Part shown: piece after piece, positions 1 to 8,724 of the stretch
Layout: each line of letters starts with the position of its first letter
How positions within the stretch are numbered: position 1 is the first letter of the stretch
The notes under the pieces: generated by a model
Database searches by the model: none
Told to the model about the DNA's origin: nothing
What the model saw: only the letters and a program-made list of their open reading frames with translations
Translations under genes and position numbers: made by a program
NCBI GenBank assembly: GCA_944362965.1
Contig: CALVTR010000002.1
Location: 16,145-80,144 of the forward strand
Length of the DNA: 64,000 bases
Reading direction: 5' to 3'
Source: an uncultured Clostridia bacterium
Lineage (GTDB): Bacteria > Bacillota > Clostridia > Christensenellales > UBA1242

Positions 1-742
1 CAGTGATACAGTTGACTTGCCCGCCGCCAATATTGAAACATCTCTTCCAGAAAACTTTTGATAAGTCTTTTTCTCTATCTTCCTTTAAAATACTCGCAAT
101 AAGCACTCCGCTGTCATGTGCCGTTGCCCATTCTAGTGGTGCGTTGAAGCATGTATGGAACATAAGCCCATCGCTCATATTATCAGAAAGCATATTTTTG
201 TGAAGCATGGCTGTTTGTCTTAAAACGACCCATGTTTTAATCTTAGACTCAAGAACTCTAAATTCTCCCCTAAGTTTAGTAGCGGAATAAATATCATAAG
301 GGCTTACAAGAAGAGGATCTCCTATTTGACCCCATGCATGTTTATAATTGCGATTACCATAGAGTGCCACTGTTGAAATATGTATGTATTTAGGTTGACT
401 TTCAAGCTCTTCTATAGAAGAGACTAGTGCATTGGCTCCCACTTCATTACACTCTATAGCTTTTTCTGGATGTTGGTCTGAATGTGGTGGAATCACTGCA
501 GCCAAGTTGATGACATAATCACACCCTGCCACCAATTTTTGACACTTAACTTTTTCAGCGATATTGCCATATATTATTTCAAATTTATTTTTAAACTTCT
601 TGTATTTTTTCAAAAGTTTTTTTATACGTTTATCATCTGGTAAAACCAAAAATTTAAATTTGTCTATAAAATCAAGTTTAACAAGCTCTTCAAGAGTAGC
701 CTGCCCCATATTGCCTGTTATACCTGTTACTACAATTTGCAT
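1..742 (-). CDS. NAD-dependent epimerase/dehydratase family protein (extended SDR); 3' end lies beyond the window
   Basis: Absent from the ORF track because there is no stop in the window. My translation from ATG 742 (MQIVVTGITGNMGQATLEEL...) stays open to nt 2. GxxGxxG Rossmann motif, YSATK (YxxxK) motif, AAGGGGA SD upstream. Confidence 0.75.
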   Translation of the reverse strand, partial: MQIVVTGITGNMGQATLEELVKLDFIDKFKFLVLPDDKRIKKLLKKYKKFKNKFEIIYGNIAEKVKCQKLVAGCDYVINLAAVIPPHSDQHPEKAIECNEVGANALVSSIEELESQPKYIHISTVALYGNRNYKHAWGQIGDPLLVSPYDIYSATKLRGEFRVLESKIKTWVVLRQTAMLHKNMLSDNMSDGLMFHTCFNAPLEWATAHDSGVLIASILKEDREKDLSKVFWKRCFNIGGGQVNCIT

Positions 743-842
743 TTTCTTCCCCTTGTTTATAAATCTAATCTATTTTAGCATATAACCAACTCAAATCAAA
801 GTATTTTTTAATAAAAAAAATATATGTTACGAATTTAGGAAT

Positions 843-851
843 TTTATAACA
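843..851 (-). promoter_or_regulatory. extended -10 promoter (TGTTATAAA) for the epimerase gene
   Basis: Minus-strand TGTTATAAAAT about 95 nt upstream of ATG 742. It sits in a 40-nt module that recurs at 2113-2153. Confidence 0.45.
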
Positions 852-882
852 TGTATCAAGTTCAAACAAATAAATCAAGAAA

Positions 883-896
883 GTCCTAATTAGGTC
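883..896. promoter_or_regulatory. palindromic operator candidate O1 (GTCCTAATTAGGTC)
   Basis: One mismatch from the perfect 14-bp palindrome GTCCTAATTAGGAC. Lies between divergent genes upstream of the XRE regulators. Confidence 0.5.
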
Positions 897-931
897 ACAT
901 TTTAAAACTTCTATATTGTTAAAATAAAGTT

Positions 932-945
932 GTCTTAATTAGGAC
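932..945. promoter_or_regulatory. palindromic operator candidate O2 (GTCTTAATTAGGAC)
   Basis: Second near-perfect copy of the same palindrome, 49 bp centre-to-centre from O1 and 20 nt upstream of ATG 966. Confidence 0.5.
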
Positions 946-965
946 ATGATAAATTGGAGTGAGTT

Positions 966-1208
966 ATGACTTTAGGTGAAGCTTTTACAATTCGGCTTAC
1001 AACTTTATTAAAAGAAAAAAATATATCCTTATATAAATTTTTAAAAGATAGTTGTATTGCTAGGTCAACAATCGTTAATATCGCGAAAGGCAATACAAAG
1101 TGCCCTACACTTGCAATTATATACCAAGTGGCTGATGGGCTTGGAATGACGCCCATTGAATTTTTGGATGACCCAGTATTCAAAAGAAAAGATTTAGATT
1201 ATATGTAA
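966..1208 (+). CDS. XRE-family helix-turn-helix transcriptional regulator
   Basis: 80 aa. HTH-like segment ISLYKFLKDSCIARSTIVNIAKG. GGAG SD upstream. Confidence 0.75.
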   Translation: MTLGEAFTIRLTTLLKEKNISLYKFLKDSCIARSTIVNIAKGNTKCPTLAIIYQVADGLGMTPIEFLDDPVFKRKDLDYM

Positions 1209-1216
1209 AACGAAGA

Positions 1217-1540
1217 ATGACTTTGAACAAGAAAATTAATTATGATGAAATTATAAATAGATTGGGCTACTTCCGCACTAAAGCTAATTTGTCTATGCGA
1301 GAATTAAGTTTTAGATTAGGTTATACTGAACAATTTATTAAAAGAATTGAAAACAAAAGTGTTGAACTTAAAGTAAAGACTCTTTTAGATTTTTGTGATG
1401 TTGTAGGTATCACTATCCAGGACTTCTTTTATCTTGGAGATCAATATAATAAAAATGATAAAGATATTTTAGAGCTTATAAGTGACCTTTCTGAAGATGA
1501 CACACAAATGGTGATAGATTTAATTAAAAGACTAAAATAA
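1217..1540 (+). CDS. XRE-family helix-turn-helix transcriptional regulator (second, tandem)
   Basis: 107 aa. LSMRELSFRLGYTEQFIKRIENK HTH. Starts 8 nt after the previous gene. Confidence 0.7.
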   Translation: MTLNKKINYDEIINRLGYFRTKANLSMRELSFRLGYTEQFIKRIENKSVELKVKTLLDFCDVVGITIQDFFYLGDQYNKNDKDILELISDLSEDDTQMVIDLIKRLK

Positions 1541-1568
1541 AACCCTATGGAATTTCCGTAGGGTTTTT
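1539..1568. terminator. bidirectional intrinsic terminator
   Basis: AACCCTATGG/CCGTAGGGTT 10-bp stem (one G-T), A-run before and T-run after. Lies between convergent genes. Confidence 0.7.
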
Positions 1569-1580
1569 CTCTATTTTGAT

Positions 1581-2066
1581 TTAGGCTGCTATCGCTAGAA
1601 TTGCTAGAGCTATAAGATAACATACTAAAAAGGTTAAACCTAATGTTATGATTGAAATTATAAGTTTGAGCCACCATTGTTTAAACCTTTTTATTATAAC
1701 TAAATTGACACAGCTGAAGATTGCACTGATAAGTCCACCAACAGCACCGCCAACGACAGGAACAATCTCACATAGTGCAGCAATGTTTCCCCATATCATA
1801 ATAAAAATGAATGGCAGAATTGAAAGCAGATATTCATACCACTTAACACTTGGAGTAAGTTCTATAGTTTCGCCTTCAAAGGTCATCTTGCAACCCTGAA
1901 TAAAATTGCCTGATAAAGTTGCCGTCTTTTCGTCTTCAGTTTTATAAGTCGTTTTATCAACTTTTGTAAGTGGCTTGCCAGCAATAGATATCTTTTTCTT
2001 TCCCGTCCAAGCACTCTCTTCAAAAACTATTTCACCAAGTTTTTCATTATTTATAACACTTTTCAT
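1581..2066 (-). CDS. membrane protein, unknown function (soluble N-terminal domain plus 3 C-terminal TM helices)
   Basis: 161 aa. AAAGGGG SD. Hydrophobic C-terminal half (LLSILPFIFIMIW..., LIISIITLGLTFLVCYLIALAILAIAA). Confidence 0.65.
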   Translation of the reverse strand: MKSVINNEKLGEIVFEESAWTGKKKISIAGKPLTKVDKTTYKTEDEKTATLSGNFIQGCKMTFEGETIELTPSVKWYEYLLSILPFIFIMIWGNIAALCEIVPVVGGAVGGLISAIFSCVNLVIIKRFKQWWLKLIISIITLGLTFLVCYLIALAILAIAA

Positions 2067-2114
2067 AGATACCCCTTTAACAAATATTTATTATTTAATA
2101 ACAAGATACAACAT

Positions 2115-2123
2115 TTTATAACA
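2115..2123 (-). promoter_or_regulatory. extended -10 promoter (TGTTATAAA) for the 1581-2066 gene
   Basis: Same TGTTATAAAAT motif and flanking module as at 843-851. About 45 nt upstream of ATG 2066. Confidence 0.45.
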
Positions 2124-2226
2124 TATGTCAAGTAAATAATTAAATCAAATAAAAATTATAAGAATTTACTTAGTCATCTTATAAAAAATAAAAATAAAGA
2201 AAAATATTTTTTACTTTGTCTTTGTC

Positions 2227-2264
2227 TATTTTCTGGAGCTAACGGCGGGGATCGAACCCGCGAC
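2227..2264 (-). pseudogene. tRNA-Thr 3'-half fragment (direct repeat of tRNA nt 46-76 plus 7 nt downstream)
   Basis: 38-nt exact copy of 2419-2456 (TATTTTCTGGAGCTAACGGCGGGGATCGAACCCGCGAC). No matching 5' acceptor strand (CGTTAGC on the + strand) nearby. Confidence 0.8.
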
Positions 2265-2425
2265 AGCGTCACATACTTTCTTCGATTGCAACTTGCTCTT
2301 CGCAAGTCTTTACGAGGCGAAAGCATGTTCCTTCTCCCACAAATATTCCTATTTGCGGGGACCCTATCGACAGGTCGCGAACTTGCTTTACCTTATTTTT
2401 AATATTTTTTATTTATCATATTTTC

Positions 2426-2501
2426 TGGAGCTAACGGCGGGGATCGAACCCGCGACCTGTCGATTACGAATCAACTGCTCTACCGACTGAGCCACGTTAG
2501 C
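2426..2501 (-). tRNA. tRNA-Thr (anticodon CGU), CCA encoded
   Basis: Manual cloverleaf: acceptor GCTAACG/CGTTAGC, D arm GCTC/GAGC, anticodon arm GTTGA/TCGAC with loop TTCGTAA, T arm GCGGG-TTCGATC-CCCGC, 76 nt. Confidence 0.9.
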
Positions 2502-2660
2502 ATATGGTGCAAATGCACCTTTGTGTTTACCATAAGTCAAGTTTAAATAAAAATCAATTATAACGCTTTTATACGCTTCTATCTTTTGGCAGATGTCATT
2601 ATATAATTTTATACTATATATAGTATTATGTCTCTCAGATTAGACACCTTATATTGTATT

Positions 2661-3728
2661 TTAGTGGGTTGAGACTAATTTGAATGATACTCGCTCTTCC
2701 TCTTCGTCCTTTGAGAGAACTTCAACTTCTACCTGCTGGTCAAGTTTGACAATCTCATAAATTTGTTTATTGTTTGCTTCGGTTGCATTCTTGATATGAA
2801 GAAGTCCTGTTGCACCATTTTCAAGTTTTATAATTGCTCCAAACTGCAGTATTTTTACAACCACGCCCTTATAGATTGCACCAACATGGAGTTCTTTTAT
2901 TGCAAGAAGGCGCGGGCTTTCTTGAAGTGCTTTAAGGCTTAGAGCAACCTTTTTATTTTCTCTATCAACTTCAATAACTTTGAAATTATACTCCTGCCCT
3001 TCTTTTATAACTTCGTCGGGTTTGCCAATCCTTGAATAGGACATATTTGAAATATGAATAAAGCAGTCAACACCGCCAACGTCTACAAAAGCACCAAAGG
3101 GAAGTATCTTCTTTACTTTTCCGCGAACGACCTTATTGATAAAAATTGAATTCCAAAAAAGTGTTTCATTTGTTTCTTTGATTTTATCTTCAAGAAGTTT
3201 GATGCTTGCTATGATTGATTTTTTGTCTTTATCAATCTCTGTTGCAACCGCTTCAAATTGTTTGCCAACTGTTCTTCTAACATCTTTTGTTGTGTGAGAT
3301 ATTTCAGCGATTGGGACAAACACTGAGTATTCACCAAGCTTTGAATAAAGCCCTTGTCTATCTGCGTTTGTTACAACAAAGGTGAATTTGCTGCCAAGTT
3401 TCAACCTGTTTGCATTTTGAGTAGCGATTGCTATGCCGTCTGCCATAGATTTCGACACGATAAGCATGCCATCATCTGTTTTGTTGTTTGTTATAAGCAC
3501 CTTAAATCTATCGCCTATTTTTAAATTGTCATAGTCATCGACTTCTTCTTTAGGCAGGTATGCGTCATTTTTGCCGCCTATATTAAAGATACAGCCATCG
3601 TCATGTTTTATTACCACAACGCCATCAAAGATTTGTCCACGTTTGTAGTTTGTAAACGTTCTATCAATCGCGGACATATCAAATTTTTCATCGGCAATTT
3701 GTGGTTTTGATTTGTTATTTTCTTCCAT
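2661..3728 (-). CDS. rpsA: S1 RNA-binding domain protein (ribosomal protein S1 homologue, 4 S1 repeats)
   Basis: Four repeats of the S1 pattern (G.I..G.V..I...G.F...G....G..H.S). Next to plsC, as in Firmicutes. Confidence 0.65.
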   Translation of the reverse strand: MEENNKSKPQIADEKFDMSAIDRTFTNYKRGQIFDGVVVIKHDDGCIFNIGGKNDAYLPKEEVDDYDNLKIGDRFKVLITNNKTDDGMLIVSKSMADGIAIATQNANRLKLGSKFTFVVTNADRQGLYSKLGEYSVFVPIAEISHTTKDVRRTVGKQFEAVATEIDKDKKSIIASIKLLEDKIKETNETLFWNSIFINKVVRGKVKKILPFGAFVDVGGVDCFIHISNMSYSRIGKPDEVIKEGQEYNFKVIEVDRENKKVALSLKALQESPRLLAIKELHVGAIYKGVVVKILQFGAIIKLENGATGLLHIKNATEANNKQIYEIVKLDQQVEVEVLSKDEEEERVSFKLVSTH

Positions 3729-3761
3729 GCTTTAAACCTCTATACTTGAAAGTTTATCATT

Positions 3762-4370
3762 TTATTTTTTCTTTGTCAAAGGATTCATTGCAAATTCTCG
3801 TAGTTCGTTCATTTTTGCAGTCACTATGTCCCCTGCTTTATTCATCTCTTCTTCAGTGAGTTTTTTGCCATAGAACTCTTCTAGCGTAAATGGAGTGCCG
3901 ACATATATTCTGTTACGTCTAAACATTTTAGGTTTCTTTGTTATAAAAATTGGAACGATTGGAACTTTTGCCTTGATTGCAAACATGGCTACGCCGTGCT
4001 TAACTTCACCAAGCTCCATATTCTCATTATGAACGCGTGTGCCTTCTGGGAAGATGACAAGCTTTTTATTGTTCTTTAGCACCTTAAGGCAATTTTTTAT
4101 TGCTGTGATATCATTTGCCTGTCTGTCAATCTGTATAGCACCAAACTTTCTTAAGAAAAAGCCCATAAATTTGTTTTTAAAAAGCTCTTTCTTTGCAAGA
4201 TAGTATTTTTTCTCCCAAGTTTTCACGGCAAGCATAACAGCGTCCATATTTGACGTATGATTGCTTGATAAGATACATGCACCTTTAGGTATATTTTTCT
4301 TCCCTATGATTTTAGTTGGAAATAACATCCTTATGAACAGTGCTAAAATTATTTGAACAAAATGAAACAT
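3762..4370 (-). CDS. plsC: 1-acyl-sn-glycerol-3-phosphate acyltransferase
   Basis: NHTSNMD (HxxxxD) and FPEGTR motifs. Start moved to the second Met (MFHFVQ), which has AAGGGGA SD. The track start at 4397 lacks an SD. Confidence 0.8.
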   Translation of the reverse strand: MFHFVQIILALFIRMLFPTKIIGKKNIPKGACILSSNHTSNMDAVMLAVKTWEKKYYLAKKELFKNKFMGFFLRKFGAIQIDRQANDITAIKNCLKVLKNNKKLVIFPEGTRVHNENMELGEVKHGVAMFAIKAKVPIVPIFITKKPKMFRRNRIYVGTPFTLEEFYGKKLTEEEMNKAGDIVTAKMNELREFAMNPLTKKK

Positions 4371-4536
4371 AAATTTCCCCTTTATATTATGATACAACTA
4401 ATTTTTGTTTTAGGCAAAGATTTTAAACAACTTTTTCTATGTAAATTTTGCGGTTTAAGGTTTTATAAAAATCTAAAAATATATTATTATAATTTTGCTT
4501 ACAATTCTATTTTTGTTTAAACAAATTAAACATTTT

Positions 4537-5760
4537 TTAAACCTTGCTATTCTTTAAAATTATCGCATTTGCGGCGGCGTATGCGGTTGAAAAAGCGGTT
4601 TGAAGATTGTAGCCACCTGTTAAGCAGTCAACGTCAAGCACTTCACCAATAAAGTAAAGGTCTGGCACTTTTTTGCTTTCCATAGTTTTAGGGTTTATCT
4701 CTTTTAAGTCTACACCGCCTGCTGTGACAATGCCGCTTTCAATAGGATAAAGTCCGCTAAATGAAAGTGCAAAATTTTTTAGATTGTAAATTATTTTATT
4801 TCGCTCTGCGACTGTGATTGAGTTGACCTTTTTATGCTTATCAATACCGCAGCAGTTTAAAAATATTTCGGTAAGTCTATGCGGCAAAAGACCTTTTATA
4901 ATATATGAGATATCTTTGTTTAAATTGTCTTTGAAATCGCGTAGGATACGCTCTTCTAACTTTTCGTTTGTAAGAGCTGGTTTAAAATCAAGTGAAAGCT
5001 CTATATCTTTATTATTTCCTATAAAGCTTGAAAGAGATAAGGCTATTGGTCCTGTGATTGCATCATGTGTGAACATCATCTCACCAAAAAGGCTTTTTGT
5101 TTTGCCATTGACTACAGCATTTAGCTGAACATTTTTTAGTGACAAGCCTTCAAGGTTACTGCAAAAACTATCTTTTATCTTGATAGGAACAAGAGCTGCT
5201 GACGGCGTAACCACATTTAAATCAAACATTTTTGCAAATTTATATCCATCGCCGCTGCTGCCTGTTGCACTATAACTTTTTCCACCTGTTGCGACTATAA
5301 CTGCGTCAAATTCATATTTTGACTTTTCTGTTTTTATAGCAAAGTTTGACTTTTTATCTATTGTCACAACCTTTTCATTTAGATGCAAATCTAAAAAATT
5401 GTTATCAATATTTTTTACTAAAGTTTTAGTGACATCGCTCGCCTTATCAGAGCACGGAAAGACCCTGCCGCCACGTTCGGTTTTGAGCGGACAACCTAAA
5501 CTTTCAAAAAATTCAATAGTATCTTGGCTGTCAAATTGGTTTATTGCTGAATACATAAACTTCTGTCCATGCACAACGTTTTTTAAGTATCCATCTTTGT
5601 CGCAGTTGTTTGTTACATTGCACCTGCCCTTGCCTGTGATATATATCTTTTTGCCAAGTTTTTCGTTGCCGTCAAAGATAAAGGTTTCTATTCCTGCCTT
5701 TGTGAGAAGTCCTGCTGCAAAAAGTCCGCTTGCTCCGCCACCTATAACTGCAACTTTCAT
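4537..5760 (-). CDS. NAD(P)/FAD-dependent oxidoreductase, HI0933/YhiN (BaiN-like) family
   Basis: N-terminal MKVAVIGGGASGLFAAG dinucleotide fold. Length 407 aa and the C-terminal GG.NLQ.A motif are typical of the family. Confidence 0.7.
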   Translation of the reverse strand: MKVAVIGGGASGLFAAGLLTKAGIETFIFDGNEKLGKKIYITGKGRCNVTNNCDKDGYLKNVVHGQKFMYSAINQFDSQDTIEFFESLGCPLKTERGGRVFPCSDKASDVTKTLVKNIDNNFLDLHLNEKVVTIDKKSNFAIKTEKSKYEFDAVIVATGGKSYSATGSSGDGYKFAKMFDLNVVTPSAALVPIKIKDSFCSNLEGLSLKNVQLNAVVNGKTKSLFGEMMFTHDAITGPIALSLSSFIGNNKDIELSLDFKPALTNEKLEERILRDFKDNLNKDISYIIKGLLPHRLTEIFLNCCGIDKHKKVNSITVAERNKIIYNLKNFALSFSGLYPIESGIVTAGGVDLKEINPKTMESKKVPDLYFIGEVLDVDCLTGGYNLQTAFSTAYAAANAIILKNSKV

Positions 5761-6341
5761 AAATCACCTTTTTCAGTTGAAGATGAACAAGTTTCTAGTT
5801 CAGGATAAAATGAAATGAATATTTTATAGTCTTCTGGGAACTTTTCTTTACTTTCCTGCAATATTGGTTTGACTAGCTTTAAAAATTTTTCCTTTACCTG
5901 TTTTTTCTCTTCTTCTGTGTAGTTTTCCCATCTATTTAGTATTATCTTGCCATCTTTTTCAAGTTGCAAAAGTTTCTCATAGCAATCTTTAATATATTCA
6001 CAATCGTCTTTATTTAGCGTTATATTTTTATCATATGAAAATACATGGCTACCTAACGGATGATTTTCAACTTGTCTCGGAATTTCTATATTGATTTTAA
6101 ATATATAGCAGCCATGTCCTTGATATAATTTTTTAAAGCCTTCAGGTGCTTTTTCATTTAGGACTAAAATATCCTTATCTTTGTTTAAACTATAAGATCT
6201 AAAAGTGCTTGCGCCATACATAAAAGCACATTCATAACTATCAGTAAGATATATTGGCACATTATCTCCATCTCTATTAGATTTATAGTTGGTTATAAGT
6301 TCCTTTAGTTGTCCATTTTGCGTTCCGTGATATAAAATCAT
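5757..6341 (-). CDS. hypothetical protein with N-terminal LYHGT...YLTDSYE..A signature
   Basis: 194 aa, good SD. The stop overlaps the next start (ATGA). See findings. Confidence 0.6.
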   Translation of the reverse strand: MILYHGTQNGQLKELITNYKSNRDGDNVPIYLTDSYECAFMYGASTFRSYSLNKDKDILVLNEKAPEGFKKLYQGHGCYIFKINIEIPRQVENHPLGSHVFSYDKNITLNKDDCEYIKDCYEKLLQLEKDGKIILNRWENYTEEEKKQVKEKFLKLVKPILQESKEKFPEDYKIFISFYPELETCSSSTEKGDL

Positions 6342-6374
6342 TCTTCCTTTCCTTTTACTTATAATTAGTTAGTT

Positions 6375-7073
6375 TTATCTTACAAGACTGTTGAGTTCGG
6401 TTTCTGTTAGGTCTTTATATTCGCCGCGACTTAAGCCACCAAGTTTAACTTCGCCTATGCGGACACGTTTTAGAAGCTTTATATCTCTTCCTATTGCTTC
6501 AAACATGCGTCTTATCTGTCTGTTTTGTCCTTCATCTATAACAACTGAAAGTTTGGTGTTTTTGCCGTCAAAAGACAATCGTTCTACTCTGGCACTTGGC
6601 ATTCTTTCCCCATCAACTACCACGCCTTTACGCATAACCGCAAGTTCGCTTTCCTTTATTTCTCCTTCCACTGTGACGCGATACTCTTTCTCCATATGGT
6701 ATCTAGGATGAGCCACCTTATTAGCAAAGTCGCCATCATTTGTGAGAATTATAAGTCCTTCGGTATCGTAGTCAAGGCGTCCTATTGAGAAAAGTCGTTC
6801 ATCACACTTGACTAGGTCATAGATAGTCTTTCTGCCCTTTTCGTCATGTGCTGTGCATGCATAACCCTTAGGTTTATTGAGCTTTATATACACAAAAGAA
6901 GAAGGAAGGGTTATAACCTTACCTTCTATCGTCACCTTATCTTTCTTTTCGTCAATCACCATACCTTGCGGTGCAACCTTTCCATTGACAAAGACTTTGC
7001 CTTCTTCTATAAGCTTGTCACATTTTCTTCTTGAAGCAACTCCGCTATTGCTTAAAAACTTATTTAATCGCAT
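6375..7073 (-). CDS. rluB: 23S rRNA pseudouridine synthase, RsuA/RluB family
   Basis: N-terminal S4 domain (MRLNKFLSNSGVASRRKCDKLIEEGKV) and catalytic GRLDYDTEGLIILTNDG motif. Confidence 0.85.
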   Translation of the reverse strand: MRLNKFLSNSGVASRRKCDKLIEEGKVFVNGKVAPQGMVIDEKKDKVTIEGKVITLPSSFVYIKLNKPKGYACTAHDEKGRKTIYDLVKCDERLFSIGRLDYDTEGLIILTNDGDFANKVAHPRYHMEKEYRVTVEGEIKESELAVMRKGVVVDGERMPSARVERLSFDGKNTKLSVVIDEGQNRQIRRMFEAIGRDIKLLKRVRIGEVKLGGLSRGEYKDLTETELNSLVR

Positions 7074-7074
7074 T

Positions 7075-8232
7075 TTACCACTGTTCTATTAGGTCTTTTA
7101 ATTTCTCCCAAATAGAATTTCTCCTTACATTTTCCATTGTATATATTTTTTCGCTAAAATGCAAGTCATTATCAATAAAAATTTCAACTTGTCCTATTGC
7201 TCGTCCGCTTTCAACAGGTGCTTCAACACTTTCGTCTATAGTATACTTATATTTGACCTTTTTAAGTTCATCGGTTCTTAGTGGGTAATAATAGCTGCCA
7301 TAAGTGCCAATTTTGACATAATCTTGCTGTCCGCTTTCAACCTTTAGCTTTGTTTTGAAGGCATAGCCGCTTGTAAGGTCAACTAAATGGTATTCTTTAA
7401 ACGCTTTGTCAAGAAGTGCCGCACTTTCTTCAAACATTGGTCCGCAATTTAGCACAACGCACACAACGTCCATGCCGTCACGCTCGCAGCTTGTGACTAG
7501 GCATCTGCCTGCATCGTCTGTGAAGCCTGTTTTAACGCCGTTGCAACCTTCTAGGCTTGAGAGAAGTTTATTCTTATTCTTTAGATATCTATTTTTACCA
7601 TCGCTGTTTGTTATCTTGATATTTTTCGTTGATACTATCTCTTTGAAAGTTGGGTTTTGCATGGCATAGCTTGTGATTAAGGCAAGGTCATAGGCTGTGG
7701 TATAGTGGTTTTTTGAGTCTAGACCATGAGTGTTGTCAAAATGAGAATTTGTGGCACCTATCGCTTGAGCCTTTTTGTTCATCATTTCTATAAATTTTTC
7801 TACGCTGCCGCCGACATACTCGCCTATGGCAACACTTGCGTCATTGCCTGAGATGAGCATAAGACCATATAATAAATCACGCAAGGTGAATTTTTCGCCC
7901 GCTCTTAGATATAAACTTGTGCCACTGACACCAACGGCTCTTGGAGAAATCTCGAACACCTTATTTAAATCTACACCGCTTTCAATCGCCGTTATTGCAG
8001 TCATAATCTTGGTGGTGCTTGCCATAGGAAGTTGGGCGCTCGAATTCTTTTGGGCAAGCACGCGTTGAGAACTTGCTTCCATAACGCACATTGCCTTTGC
8101 TGACGTGTTATAGCTTTCCGCAAAAGTGTTGTTGCTATCAGAAAATAATAAACTCAGTCCGCCTGCGGTTGCTGCGAACAAAAATATCAATACAAACAAA
8201 AGGCAGAGGGCTGACCTAAGTTTATTCTTCAT
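7075..8232 (-). CDS. dacB: D-alanyl-D-alanine carboxypeptidase (serine-type, PBP5 family)
   Basis: SxxK (ASTTK), SxN (SGND) and KTG (KTGFT) motifs. Start set at MKNKLRS (signal peptide, GAAGGTG SD). The longer track ORF would overlap ytfJ by 119 nt. Confidence 0.8.
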   Translation of the reverse strand: MKNKLRSALCLLFVLIFLFAATAGGLSLLFSDSNNTFAESYNTSAKAMCVMEASSQRVLAQKNSSAQLPMASTTKIMTAITAIESGVDLNKVFEISPRAVGVSGTSLYLRAGEKFTLRDLLYGLMLISGNDASVAIGEYVGGSVEKFIEMMNKKAQAIGATNSHFDNTHGLDSKNHYTTAYDLALITSYAMQNPTFKEIVSTKNIKITNSDGKNRYLKNKNKLLSSLEGCNGVKTGFTDDAGRCLVTSCERDGMDVVCVVLNCGPMFEESAALLDKAFKEYHLVDLTSGYAFKTKLKVESGQQDYVKIGTYGSYYYPLRTDELKKVKYKYTIDESVEAPVESGRAIGQVEIFIDNDLHFSEKIYTMENVRRNSIWEKLKDLIEQW

Positions 8233-8641
8233 TATTTTCACCTTCTTGTTCAGCCTTCTTCTCTTCCTGCTCATTGACCTTGGCAAGAAGTGCATTGAAC
8301 ATATTAAGCACGGTTTGATAGAGTGATTTATTTTCAACATTTATAAATCTCACTTCGCCGTTTGACACAATCAAAAAGCCGACCGGAGTTACCGACATAC
8401 CACCGCTTGAACCACCCGCCATTGGGAAGTGGTTTGCAACCCTTCTTGCTGAAAGGTCGGCATACTCACCGCCGCCTACAACATAGCCAACTGCCACCTT
8501 TGAAATAGGTATTATCGTTGTTCCGTCGTCAGTTTCCACCTTTTCGCCTATGATTGTGCTTGAGTCGACTATGGTTTTTATCTTCTCCATTGCACTATCA
8601 ATAAGTCCGTTGATATTTTCATTGCCTGTGTAAAATTTCAT
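8222..8641 (-). CDS. ytfJ: sporulation protein YtfJ (GerW family)
   Basis: 139 aa. IIPISKVAVGYVVGGGEY...GGSSGGMSVTPVGFL pattern typical of YtfJ. AAGGAGAG SD. Confidence 0.75.
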   Translation of the reverse strand: MKFYTGNENINGLIDSAMEKIKTIVDSSTIIGEKVETDDGTTIIPISKVAVGYVVGGGEYADLSARRVANHFPMAGGSSGGMSVTPVGFLIVSNGEVRFINVENKSLYQTVLNMFNALLAKVNEQEEKKAEQEGENNEE

Positions 8642-8724
8642 AACTCTCTCCTTTTTCTTTGACAGAAAAATCTGCCTCTTTTATTTCTTATCTTTTGCAT
8701 AAGTTTGATTCTTATGCAAGAAAA

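Noticed and set aside
2265-2418. Considered that the structured segment ending in a tRNA-like T arm, acceptor strand and CCA might be a tmRNA (ssrA) or an intron-containing tRNA.
   Set aside because: It is far too short for tmRNA (~190 nt versus ~350). There is no 5' strand complementary to the acceptor 3' strand. There is no tag reading frame ending in a hydrophobic Ala-rich tail plus stop. The 3' part is an exact copy of the neighbouring tRNA-Thr rather than an Ala-type acceptor.
2611-2626. Perfect 16-bp palindrome ATACTATATATAGTAT downstream of the rpsA-like gene.
   Set aside because: It is pure TA low complexity in an AT-rich spacer, with no partner site or obvious target gene.
8233-8340. 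N-terminal extension of the carboxypeptidase ORF (track start at 8340).
   Set aside because: It would overlap ytfJ by 119 nt. The internal Met gives a proper signal peptide and has an SD.
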